Made by a program: the position numbers and the translations under genes
Notes under the pieces: generated by a model
The model's input: only the letters and a program-made list of their open reading frames with translations
Told to the model about the DNA's origin: nothing
Database searches by the model: none
Assembly (NCBI RefSeq): GCF_018069705.1
Contig: NZ_CP072943.1
Location: forward strand, 2,943,945-3,007,944
Direction of reading: 5' to 3'
Length of the DNA stretch: 64,000 bases
Source of the DNA: Aminithiophilus ramosus
GTDB lineage: Bacteria; Synergistota; Synergistia; Synergistales; Aminithiophilaceae
Shown: positions 28,847 to 37,622 of the stretch, piece by piece
Layout: each line of letters opens with the position of its first letter
Numbering within the stretch: the first letter of the stretch is position 1

Positions 28847-30973
28847 TCACCTCTTGCGTTCCATTACACTATTAATGGCTAAATCAAAATGATTTTTAAG
28901 TATAACAATTTTATTTTCACCGTTTGAAGCCATATATTCTCTTAACGCCAAGCGAGCTGCTTCTTGACATAACTGCTTGAGCTCTGCTCCAGAAAAATCT
29001 TCTGTACGCATAGAAATTTCTTCAAGCGAGACATCGCCATCCAAAGGCATTTTTTTGCTATGTATCTTAAGGATTTCTATCCGATCATCTTTATCTGGAA
29101 GATTGAAATTTAAAATTAGATCAAATCTGCCCGGGCGAATGATCGCTGGATCTATCAAATCTTGCCTATTGCTTGCAGCTAAAACTAAAACATCTTTGAG
29201 CTCTTCAATTCCATCCATTTCGGAGAGGAATTGGCTGATTACTCGATCAATAACTTGAGAATCTCCAAAAGAATGTCTTAGAGGGACCAATGAATCAAAT
29301 TCATCGAAAAATAAAATACAAGGGCTTGCCTGTCTCGCTTTACGAAATACCTCTCGAACTCCTTTTTCCGACTCTCCAACATATTTAGACAAAAGCTCCG
29401 AGCCTTTTACGGATATGAAATTAATTTCACTTTCGTTGGCCATGGCCTTCACCACTAACGTTTTACCCAATCCGGGAGACCCCGAGAGCAAGATGCCCTT
29501 CGGCGGCCGAAGCCCCACGCTCGCAAGCAGCTCGCCATGCTTAAGCGGCCAAGCCACCGCCTCCGAAAGCTGCCTCTTGATCTCGCGAAGGCCACCGACA
29601 TCTTCCCAGCTCACGTCGGGCACCTCCACGAAAACCTCCCGAATGGCCGATGGTTCCACTTCTTTGAGGGCACCAAGGAAGTCGTCCATCATCACTTCCA
29701 TTTGCAAAATATCGATGTCGGCGACCTCTTCGATCCGACAGGTGTAATCGGGAACGACCCTCCGCAGGACGCTCATGGCTGCCTCCCGACACAGGGCCTC
29801 CATATCGGCACCGACAAAACCGTGAGTCACTCGCGACAACCTCTCCAAATCGACATCGGAGGCGAGCGGCATGCCTCGAACGTGGATGCTCAATATCTCC
29901 AACCTGTCCCTCTGGTCCGGTATGGCGATCTCCAGCTCCCGATCAAACCGTCCCGGGCGACGAAGCGCCGGATCCAAGGCGTTGGGTATATTCGTCGCAC
30001 CGATGACAATGACGTCACCGCGCGACTCTAGGCCATCCATCAGAGCCAACAGCTGCGCGACCACCCGCCTCTCCACCTGTTTCTCCCCGCCCATTTCCTC
30101 CCGCTTGGGGGCAATGGCATCGATCTCGTCGATAAAAAGAATCGACGGGGCATTCTTTCTGGCCTCTTCAAAAAAGCCCCTCAACCTGGCCTCGCTCTCA
30201 CCATAAAACTTGCCCATAATTTCAGGCCCCGTCACATGGACGAAATACGCTGCCGTTTCACTGGCGACAGCCCTGGCGATCAGGGTTTTTCCACAGCCCG
30301 GAGGACCATAGAGCAATACCCCCTTCGGGGGATCTATACCCAGTCGATCGAAAAGGCGGGGACATTTCAGAGGAAGTTCGATCATTTCTCGTATTTTTTT
30401 AAGCTCTCTTGACAATCCACCTATATCTTCATAGGATATTTTGGATCTTTTAGTTGAATTTTGTTGAATTTTATCTAATAAAATACGAGTTTTTTGCGAA
30501 ATAAGGACAGGTCCGCCAGGAGTGGTATTATTGACCAAAAAATCCTGATTCCTGTTTCCCATAAAGTTAACTCTTATGAAATCACCCTCTATAACGGCAA
30601 GACCTGTCAAAATGGATCCTATATAGGAAATATCCTTATCTCCAAGTGGAATACGAACGTTTGACAAAGGAGCTATGACAATCTTTTCCGCTAATTTAAA
30701 ATCTATCTTTATTACATTGACGTTATTGTTCAATGACGTTTTTGCATTGTTTCTTAGAGTCCAATCCATTTGAATTATTCTTTTTCCTCGATCTTGCGGA
30801 AAAGTAGGCATTATTTTAGCTATAGTTTGCCTTTCTCCTTCAATCTGAACCACATCGCCTACACTTACACCCATTATTTCCATATCTACAGGGTCTATGC
30901 GAACAATTCCTCTCCCGACATCTTTTAAATTAGATTCAGCTACAATAAATACTGAATTATTGATTTTTCCCAT
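28847..30973 (-). CDS. CDC48/VCP-like AAA+ ATPase (N-domain plus two AAA domains)
   Basis: CDC48-type N-domain (SNLKDVGRGIVRIDPVDMEIMGVSVGDVVQIEG) and two Walker A motifs, GPPGCGKT and GSPGLGKT. D1 is encoded by a GC-rich block. Confidence 0.8.
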   Translation of the reverse strand: MGKINNSVFIVAESNLKDVGRGIVRIDPVDMEIMGVSVGDVVQIEGERQTIAKIMPTFPQDRGKRIIQMDWTLRNNAKTSLNNNVNVIKIDFKLAEKIVIAPLSNVRIPLGDKDISYIGSILTGLAVIEGDFIRVNFMGNRNQDFLVNNTTPGGPVLISQKTRILLDKIQQNSTKRSKISYEDIGGLSRELKKIREMIELPLKCPRLFDRLGIDPPKGVLLYGPPGCGKTLIARAVASETAAYFVHVTGPEIMGKFYGESEARLRGFFEEARKNAPSILFIDEIDAIAPKREEMGGEKQVERRVVAQLLALMDGLESRGDVIVIGATNIPNALDPALRRPGRFDRELEIAIPDQRDRLEILSIHVRGMPLASDVDLERLSRVTHGFVGADMEALCREAAMSVLRRVVPDYTCRIEEVADIDILQMEVMMDDFLGALKEVEPSAIREVFVEVPDVSWEDVGGLREIKRQLSEAVAWPLKHGELLASVGLRPPKGILLSGSPGLGKTLVVKAMANESEINFISVKGSELLSKYVGESEKGVREVFRKARQASPCILFFDEFDSLVPLRHSFGDSQVIDRVISQFLSEMDGIEELKDVLVLAASNRQDLIDPAIIRPGRFDLILNFNLPDKDDRIEILKIHSKKMPLDGDVSLEEISMRTEDFSGAELKQLCQEAARLALREYMASNGENKIVILKNHFDLAINSVMERKR

Positions 30974-31502
30974 TTTTAGGAGATATTTCTATTTTAAAAA
31001 TTCCATTTAAATAAGAATGAAGGAGTGTGTTTTGGTTTACATTGAATTCAGTTTTGATTTCCTTAAAGTATTTTCTTGATTTGCTCTCTGCTTGAACAAC
31101 TATAGTTCCATCTGTTATTTCAATCATAATATCTTCTTCATTCACGCCGGGCATTTCTAGAACTATAACCATTCTATCTTTTTCGTTAAAAATATCCGTT
31201 ATAGGTTCCCTGACTTCTTGTTGGTTATTTTCCAAATCAGATATTTTTTTATTTCCAAATGTTTCAATTATCGGCTTGCCTGCTAAATTTTTTACAGTAA
31301 AACCATAAATGCCCCGAATTCCTTCGGGGCTTTCAATAGATCCCTTTTTTTCAACTACATCAAACCTATCGACCATATCCAATAAACTACCTAACCCCTT
31401 AAAAATTCCTTCAAAACTTATTTTACCTTTTTTGAAATCTATCTCTATTTTATCTTTCTCTTCATCCGGATTTTCTTTTTTTTTACTATTATCCATTGTC
31501 AT
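30957..31502 (-). CDS. Hsp20/alpha-crystallin family chaperone (GvpH-like)
   Basis: Alpha-crystallin domain: MVIVLEMPGVNEEDIMIEITDGTIVVQAE ... NGIFKIEISPK. Confidence 0.75.
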   Translation of the reverse strand: MTMDNSKKKENPDEEKDKIEIDFKKGKISFEGIFKGLGSLLDMVDRFDVVEKKGSIESPEGIRGIYGFTVKNLAGKPIIETFGNKKISDLENNQQEVREPITDIFNEKDRMVIVLEMPGVNEEDIMIEITDGTIVVQAESKSRKYFKEIKTEFNVNQNTLLHSYLNGIFKIEISPKNGKNQ

Positions 31503-31535
31503 TTACGCAACACCCCGATCTAGGCGCTAAAACAT

Positions 31536-32465
31536 CTAATAATTCTCAACATTACCATATGGTTCTCTTTCAATATTGCTGGCTGCATCAATAATAAGCC
31601 TAGAAACCGAGGCTCTTTTTTTACTTGATATAATTGGCAATATAGTATCGTTGCATATTTCAATAAATCTATCTTCAGATATGTTGCCCTTTTTATCCAA
31701 AAAATCTATATATTTCGCTATTTTAATAGAAGACCGCACAGTGGGAGTAAGTTTATCCGAATAGTTATTTCTTATGGTTCTTATTAATTTAACTATTCTA
31801 ACTATTTCGCTTTCACATAAATCCACTCTACCTCGCACAATTGCTACTTCCGTCTCTTCGTCAAAGCTGCTTAACTCCAATGTTACCAGTCTATCTTTTA
31901 ATGCATCTTGACTTTTATAAACACCGGCATATTCCTCTGGGTTGGACGTGAATATCGCCCTGAAGTCGGGATGAACCCTAACGTAAGACTCTTTACCATT
32001 TCTACCCGAAACAGGAAGTATTTTACTCTCCAGCACTGATAAAAGGACGTTATTGGCCTCTGGTCTAGATCTAGTGAATTCATCATAGACAAGCGTCAGT
32101 CCACGCTCACACGCGACAGTCAGCCTGTTATCAAACCACTGAGACGTCATTACATCTTCTGTCTTGACAACAGACCTAATAAAATTGTCTTTAGTGTAAT
32201 TATGACGATATCCGGACACATAACCGACCAGATCGGAAGTTCCAAATTCATGATCACCACAAATCAAAACGACAGGACGACCTATTTTTGCGGCCACATG
32301 CATCGCTAAAGTCGTCTTGCCCACTCCAGTAGGTCCGCTTAAATGAATAGGAAAGCCACAGGAAGAATAACTAAGGGCTTTTTCGGATATTTTTGATATG
32401 TATGGAGTTTCTACAAACTCCAAGCTTGGCCTTGAAGTAATAAGCGTCATCCTTCCTCGATCCAT
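31536..32465 (-). CDS. gvpN: Gas vesicle protein GvpN (MoxR/CbbQ-like AAA+ ATPase)
   Basis: Walker A LSGPTGVGKTTLA, Walker B LVYDEF. Size 309 aa is typical of GvpN. Confidence 0.8.
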   Translation of the reverse strand: MDRGRMTLITSRPSLEFVETPYISKISEKALSYSSCGFPIHLSGPTGVGKTTLAMHVAAKIGRPVVLICGDHEFGTSDLVGYVSGYRHNYTKDNFIRSVVKTEDVMTSQWFDNRLTVACERGLTLVYDEFTRSRPEANNVLLSVLESKILPVSGRNGKESYVRVHPDFRAIFTSNPEEYAGVYKSQDALKDRLVTLELSSFDEETEVAIVRGRVDLCESEIVRIVKLIRTIRNNYSDKLTPTVRSSIKIAKYIDFLDKKGNISEDRFIEICNDTILPIISSKKRASVSRLIIDAASNIEREPYGNVENY

Positions 32466-32492
32466 AACTTAAATACCTCCAAAATCACAGGA

Positions 32493-32873
32493 TCAGTAAT
32501 GCATTTCAAAATTCTCATCATTCACTGCGTCGCCATCGCTTGAGTCGCACATATCAGAGCTATTCTCTTTTTGCAGTTCTCTGCGCAACTCCATCAGGGC
32601 TTTATTTTTGTCAATAATAACTGCAAGCTTCTTTCTGGAATTCAAAAGGCGCGCCCTGGCTCTCTCGACCGATTGCAACCTAGAGGCGAAACGCCTCTTC
32701 TCTCGCTCGAGCATCGTTTGGAAATTGCGATCCTTTTCCAAATCCGGAGCATCGTTATTATCAAAGGCACGAAACAAAGCACCTGTCGTCCTGGCTTTTT
32801 GGCCACGGAAAACTTCAGCATTGCTTTTAATATGGCGCATTGTTCGAAGTTTAGTCAGAGCTTCACTTTTCAC
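32493..32873 (-). CDS. Hypothetical basic protein between the coiled-coil gene and gvpN (possible GvpO-like)
   Basis: 126 aa, helical and charged, with an acidic C-terminus. No firm motif. Confidence 0.4.
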   Translation of the reverse strand: MKSEALTKLRTMRHIKSNAEVFRGQKARTTGALFRAFDNNDAPDLEKDRNFQTMLEREKRRFASRLQSVERARARLLNSRKKLAVIIDKNKALMELRRELQKENSSDMCDSSDGDAVNDENFEMHY

Positions 32874-33888
32874 CGATTTCTACCTCCCCTTCTGACAAAG
32901 GGAAATAAAGCTTACCCTCCCTTCGAATCCCGCCCTCATCCAAGAGATTTCTTGACACTCGTCCCAACGCCACTGTGGCCATGCCCAACTTATCGGCCAC
33001 ATCGGTCAGGGAGATACCTTCAGGATGCGCCTTAATGACTGACAAAAACCTGGTCTTAAGATCTTCCCCCGTCACAGCAAAGTCCTCTTCCTCCGTTGCG
33101 CGTTCAAGTACGGAGCAATCCGGGTCCCTCTCATCCGCCTCGGGAGAGGCGTCATCTCTTGATTCGACGGAAGGTTCGGCTTCAACCTCATCGTCTTCGC
33201 AAGACTCTTCATTCACAAGGCATTCCGACCAAACCGCTCTCGTCTCCTCAAGCAAGTCAATAATGACCTGCCTTTCTTTGTTTAAATTATTTCTTAACAT
33301 ATCTACGCTTTGTTTCATGTTGGAAATATCCGCTAATCTTTTTTGACGTAATTCATCGAATTGATTTTTTAATGATTCACGAATGTCACTTAAAATATCT
33401 TTAACCTCTTTATGCAGGTTTTCTATCTCAATCTTACGGTTATTGATATTCAATCTAACATTTTCATTATACTGTTTTTTTAGCGATAAAATCTTTTCTC
33501 TTGATGCTTCTATTCTCTTCTTATTTTCTTCTTTGAGCTCTTCTCTTATATCTGGGGTATTTTTTTGGGATGCCAACCTTGACGCCTCAAAAAGAAGATC
33601 AAGCTCTTTTTTGAAGCCATCCAACATATCTGCCGTGGATTTTTTAATTTCCATGACTTCTTCTTCTATTTTCTTTTTATTTTGAACCAGCTTTGATTTC
33701 ATCGACTCTTTCTCATCAAATCTCTCGGTAGAAAAGGTTTTAAGTGTTTCATCTATTGTTTTTTTAAGATCTTGGAGATTTTGATATCTATCGGCATGAG
33801 AATCAGCCAACTCCTGAACCAATGACCTAGTCTCTTCCAATAAATTCACAGTCCATCCCTCCTCGGTTATTATGGTTTTAAATCTCAA
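32863..33888 (-). CDS. Coiled-coil protein with C-terminal winged-helix (MarR/ArsR-like) domain
   Basis: About 230 aa of heptad-rich, K/E-rich sequence, then ISLTDVADKLGMATVALGRVSRNLLDEGGIRREGKLYFPL. Confidence 0.5.
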   Translation of the reverse strand: MRFKTIITEEGWTVNLLEETRSLVQELADSHADRYQNLQDLKKTIDETLKTFSTERFDEKESMKSKLVQNKKKIEEEVMEIKKSTADMLDGFKKELDLLFEASRLASQKNTPDIREELKEENKKRIEASREKILSLKKQYNENVRLNINNRKIEIENLHKEVKDILSDIRESLKNQFDELRQKRLADISNMKQSVDMLRNNLNKERQVIIDLLEETRAVWSECLVNEESCEDDEVEAEPSVESRDDASPEADERDPDCSVLERATEEEDFAVTGEDLKTRFLSVIKAHPEGISLTDVADKLGMATVALGRVSRNLLDEGGIRREGKLYFPLSEGEVEIGEK

Positions 33889-33939
33889 AACCCATTATTT
33901 TGCAATTTAACATAAAAATTCATCTAAATGCATTAATAA

Positions 33940-34641
33940 TCAAATTTCATCGCGTGTTGCGATAGGTTCTATTCTATATTGCGATCTTTCATCTTTAAAT
34001 CTACCCAAAGTGGCTCTTACTTCTTCTCTTCTTAAATCCCTATCTTGTTCTCTTGTAAATCTACTTTTTATTGTTTCAAGCTGCCACATGTCTTTCATTT
34101 CTAGGGAGCTGGACCGCTCCAACAGGCGGCGCATAGAATTGTTCCATTCCAACATTATTTTTTTATAGCATTGAATTTTATACTGAAATTTACATAATTG
34201 CTGAAATACGTCGTCTCCGTTTTTTTGATAAGTCCCTTTCATTTCATCAACGAAACATTCCAGCTCTTTTTTATCTATAGTCTTTTTAATGCAATTATAA
34301 ACTTTAGTTTTAAGAGTTAGCGTCAACTCTATCTGTTCTTTTAAATATCTCCTCAGAGATAGCTCGATTTCTTGACTATCAGCTATAAGAACGTCTCTAT
34401 CTTTATCTATTCCATCAAAAAGCCTATTCATGAAGTTATCAAAATCTTTTTTTCTGAAAGAACAATTTCTCGCTGCCATCTCTCTCAAGTCTACGCGCAG
34501 GTGATCGCGCTCTTTATGAAGGATTTCCAAATCCTCCGCCAAGCTCGACGTGACCTCATGGACCGTAGAGACCATCTCTTCCACCATGAGGATCCTTGAC
34601 GAATGGGCATCGATAAGATCAAGGAGCATACATTCATCCAT
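33940..34641 (-). CDS. Hypothetical helical protein immediately downstream of the gvpA array (GvpC-position)
   Basis: ORF extends to 34689, but the compositional change suggests the start at MDECMLLD (34641). Confidence 0.4.
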   Translation of the reverse strand: MDECMLLDLIDAHSSRILMVEEMVSTVHEVTSSLAEDLEILHKERDHLRVDLREMAARNCSFRKKDFDNFMNRLFDGIDKDRDVLIADSQEIELSLRRYLKEQIELTLTLKTKVYNCIKKTIDKKELECFVDEMKGTYQKNGDDVFQQLCKFQYKIQCYKKIMLEWNNSMRRLLERSSSLEMKDMWQLETIKSRFTREQDRDLRREEVRATLGRFKDERSQYRIEPIATRDEI

Positions 34642-34732
34642 TTTCGATACTTGGCCTCCCGAGGAAGGGCATATGGCCTGGCAGGGCACGCTTGCGAAAC
34701 AAGGGAACCCTGGCAGACCTCCACAAAGGAAC

Positions 34733-34942
34733 TTACGCGGAGATCGGAGCCGTCAGGCCGACCGCTTCGGCGTACTTCAGGTAGGTCTCCACACCGGCGA
34801 CGACCACCCGTGCCTCGACGGTCAGAAGTTCCAGCCCCAACAGGGAGATCCGCACCCACGCATCGATCACGAGACCCTTGTCGAGAATCCGATCGATGAC
34901 CTCAGCCAGACCCGACGAAGCCATAGACGTCTGCACTGCCAT
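34733..34942 (-). CDS. gvpA: Major gas vesicle structural protein GvpA (copy 3 of 3)
   Basis: [69 protein letters not shown] is canonical GvpA. Confidence 0.95.
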   Translation of the reverse strand: MAVQTSMASSGLAEVIDRILDKGLVIDAWVRISLLGLELLTVEARVVVAGVETYLKYAEAVGLTAPISA

Positions 34943-35011
34943 TTCGTTCCGCCTCCTTACGAGTCTTTCCTTGGGCTTTCCTTGCCTCCTGCGGGAGGGC
35001 GCCGCCGATCC

Positions 35012-35221
35012 CTACGCGGAGATCGGAGCCGTCAGGCCGACCGCTTCGGCGTACTTCAGGTAGGTCTCCACACCGGCGACGACCACCCGTGCCTCGACGG
35101 TCAGAAGCTCCAGCCCCAACAGGGAGATCCGCACCCACGCATCGATCACGAGACCCTTGTCGAGAATCCGATCGATGACCTCAGCCAGACCCGACGAAGC
35201 CATAGACGTCTGCACTGCCAT
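35012..35221 (-). CDS. gvpA: Major gas vesicle structural protein GvpA (copy 2 of 3)
   Basis: Protein identical to the other copies. RBS GGAGG 8 nt upstream of the ATG. Confidence 0.95.
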   Translation of the reverse strand: MAVQTSMASSGLAEVIDRILDKGLVIDAWVRISLLGLELLTVEARVVVAGVETYLKYAEAVGLTAPISA

Positions 35222-35290
35222 TTCGTTCCGCCTCCTTACGAGTCTTTCCTTGGGCTTTCCTTGCCTCCTGCGGGAGGGCGCCGCCGATCC

Positions 35291-35500
35291 CTACGCGGAG
35301 ATCGGAGCCGTCAGGCCGACCGCTTCGGCGTACTTCAGGTAGGTCTCCACACCGGCGACGACCACCCGTGCCTCGACGGTCAGAAGCTCCAGCCCCAACA
35401 GGGAGATCCGCACCCACGCATCGATCACGAGACCCTTGTCGAGAATCCGATCGATGACCTCAGCCAGACCCGACGAAGCCATAGACGTCTGCACTGCCAT
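35291..35500 (-). CDS. gvpA: Major gas vesicle structural protein GvpA (copy 1 of 3, promoter-proximal)
   Basis: Identical GvpA. RBS AGGAGGTG upstream. AT-rich promoter region at 35510-35640. Confidence 0.95.
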   Translation of the reverse strand: MAVQTSMASSGLAEVIDRILDKGLVIDAWVRISLLGLELLTVEARVVVAGVETYLKYAEAVGLTAPISA

Positions 35501-35509
35501 TTCGTTCAC

Positions 35510-35650
35510 CTCCTTTCTTGTACGCTAAACTTGCAGAATACTACATCAGCATTCTTCAAGGAACAAGGCCTTTTTAGCATTTTTTAATAAATATTTATAC
35601 TTCTTGACATGAGTCTCCGTCAGACAGGGGCAATAATATTAGAAGATACT
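35510..35650 (-). promoter_or_regulatory. AT-rich promoter region for the gvpA-led operon
   Basis: Only AT-rich stretch upstream of gvpA. Contains TTGACA-like and TATAAA/TAATAT-like hexamers. Exact -35/-10 pairing not resolved. Confidence 0.4.
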
Positions 35651-36252
35651 GCTCTGTTCTCCGCCTTGTTTCATTTTTTTGGAAAACACGACCAACAGCA
35701 CCCCCGGCAATCGCTTCAGGGGAGACAAGACAGACCAGCACCGCAGGACCTCGGAGAGGCCCGCGTACGAGAACGAACCCACAGCCGGATTCACCTGGGG
35801 CTCAACCCCAGCACGACAACCCTGCTACGGCGACGGAACAGGCGAAAAGGGGAGAGGAGAGGTAACATAGGGAGAACAGCGGAGAGGAAGATGGGAAGGA
35901 ACGGCGTCGAACGTCGTTTTCGCTTCGCTGCACCTGTGAAGGGAAGGCCAATAGAACAAGACGAACTATTGAAAATTGCAACCTTACAAGCAGATTATAG
36001 CACCTGATTGCCTCTGTCAAGGACCGCTTTTTCTCTTTATCGTGGACGAAGAGGGCTCGTCTCCGCCCGTGGGGAAGGCTCGGAAAGCCCCTGGCGGAAG
36101 GGGACGGGCTGTCGCACCATGACGGCGTCCAGGAAGACGTCTTTCGAGGCTTTTGACCGCCCGAATCGGCTCTGGCTCGCGAAAACAGGGAGAAAACGGT
36201 CGGTCCGGGATGCCCTTCGGGCAGTCTTCACCGCTCCCGACGGGAGGCCTCC

Positions 36253-37470
36253 TTGCGGAAAGGACGACGAACCATGGGGAAAGGCCCTTCGGAGACAGGA
36301 ATTCCTTCCTCGGCTCTTTCGGATAGAATCTCTCCGCCCTTCCGCCTCATAGGGGGCGATCCCTCGTTCACGGGAACTCCGCTGAAAAAAGGCGCCGTTT
36401 TTCGCCACCCCTTCGACGGGGAAGGAGGCCAACGTCTCTGGGTCGATTCGGGGCGCTCGGCCCTGGCCGTCGCCCTGGCCGCCCTGAGGGAGAGGGGAGC
36501 TCGGCGGGCCTGGCTGCCCTTTCTCTGCTGCAGCTCCGTCGTCGAGCCCTTTCTCGAGGCCTCCTTCTCGCTCCGCTTCTACGGCCAGTCGGGCCGCACC
36601 CCTTTCTGGACCGCTCCCCCCTCGGAGCTGAGACCGACAAAAGACGACGTCCTTCTGTTCATCCACTATTTCGGCTTCCTCAACGAGGGGATGGCCGCCT
36701 TTCTCGACGGGCTCGACGAGGCCAGGCGTCCCTTCGTCGTCGAAGACGCCGTCCCGGCCTCCCTCACCGAAGGGACGGGGCGTTGGGGCGACGTCACCCT
36801 CAGGAGTTTCCGCAAATTTCTCCCCGTCGCCGACGGCGCCGTCGTCGCCTCCCGCGATGCCTTCCTGGCGGGAACGGTCTGCCTGGGGGCACCCGACATC
36901 CGACGGCTGCGGCTCAAGGGCTGGGCCGCCCTGGGGCGGTACCTCTGCCCCGACGAGGGACGGCGCTGGCTCGCCCTGGCTCGCCAGGGCGAGGAGCGCT
37001 TCGACGGAAGGCCCCGGCTCCCCTCGCCTCTGAGTCTGAAGATCCTGGCGCGCTGCGATCTGCCCTCCGTCGTCGCGGCTCGGCGACGGAACTACGAAAG
37101 GCTCCTTGAAGAGCTCGAGCGCCACCGTATCCTGGACCCTCTTCACCCTATCGCGGAGAGGCTCCCTCCCCACGTCGTCCCCCAGGGACTGCCCCTCCGC
37201 CTTTTCGGTGGCTCCCGGGACGAAGTCCTGCGCCGCCTGCGCCGTGAAGGGATCTTCTGCCCCGTCGACTGGGGCGTCAACAGCCTGGCCGAGGCTCCCG
37301 CCGAGGAGGATGCAGGCGTGGCCCGCTCCCTTCTCGTCCTTCCCGTCGATCAGGGGCTGAACGGCCAGGCTCTGTCCTTCATCGCCGACAGGGTGGGAGA
37401 CGCCCTGCGGACGGGCGGACAGCCCCCTTCACTCTCGCGCCGCCGGGGAGACCGGCCGGCGACACGTTGA
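36253..37470 (+). CDS. PLP-dependent DegT/DnrJ/EryC1/StrS-family aminotransferase-like protein
   Basis: Family pattern SGRSALAVALAAL..RAWLPFLCCSSVVEPF and SFRKFLPVADG (SF-x-x-K lysine). True start may be internal. Confidence 0.5.
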   Translation: MRKGRRTMGKGPSETGIPSSALSDRISPPFRLIGGDPSFTGTPLKKGAVFRHPFDGEGGQRLWVDSGRSALAVALAALRERGARRAWLPFLCCSSVVEPFLEASFSLRFYGQSGRTPFWTAPPSELRPTKDDVLLFIHYFGFLNEGMAAFLDGLDEARRPFVVEDAVPASLTEGTGRWGDVTLRSFRKFLPVADGAVVASRDAFLAGTVCLGAPDIRRLRLKGWAALGRYLCPDEGRRWLALARQGEERFDGRPRLPSPLSLKILARCDLPSVVAARRRNYERLLEELERHRILDPLHPIAERLPPHVVPQGLPLRLFGGSRDEVLRRLRREGIFCPVDWGVNSLAEAPAEEDAGVARSLLVLPVDQGLNGQALSFIADRVGDALRTGGQPPSLSRRRGDRPATR

Positions 37471-37622
37471 TGCGATACTTGCAATATTCACAGTCAAATA
37501 AAAAAACAACGCAACAGGAGGGGCAACGGCGCCGACGGCCGAGACCGAAGCTGATATAATACCGTCACGCTCTCCCGGAGCGGAGTCCCCTCAATACCTC
37601 TTTTAACGGATTCGGAAAGGGT

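Larger units (their letters stand above)
34733..35500. repeat. Tandem array of 279-bp units (gvpA ORF plus 69-bp spacer), about 2.75 units
   Basis: Units at 34733, 35012 and 35291 are nucleotide-identical apart from isolated differences: ctta/ccta at the unit start and t/c at 34827 vs 35106. ORF 34550-35587 on the opposite strand shows 93-aa periodicity as an artefact. Confidence 0.9.

Noticed and set aside
34550-35587. 345-aa plus-strand ORF with striking internal 93-residue protein repeats
   Set aside because: It is the antisense reading of the 279-bp gvpA tandem repeat, and 279 is a multiple of 3. Arg, Pro, His and Gln-rich with no sensible start context. The real genes are the three minus-strand gvpA copies.
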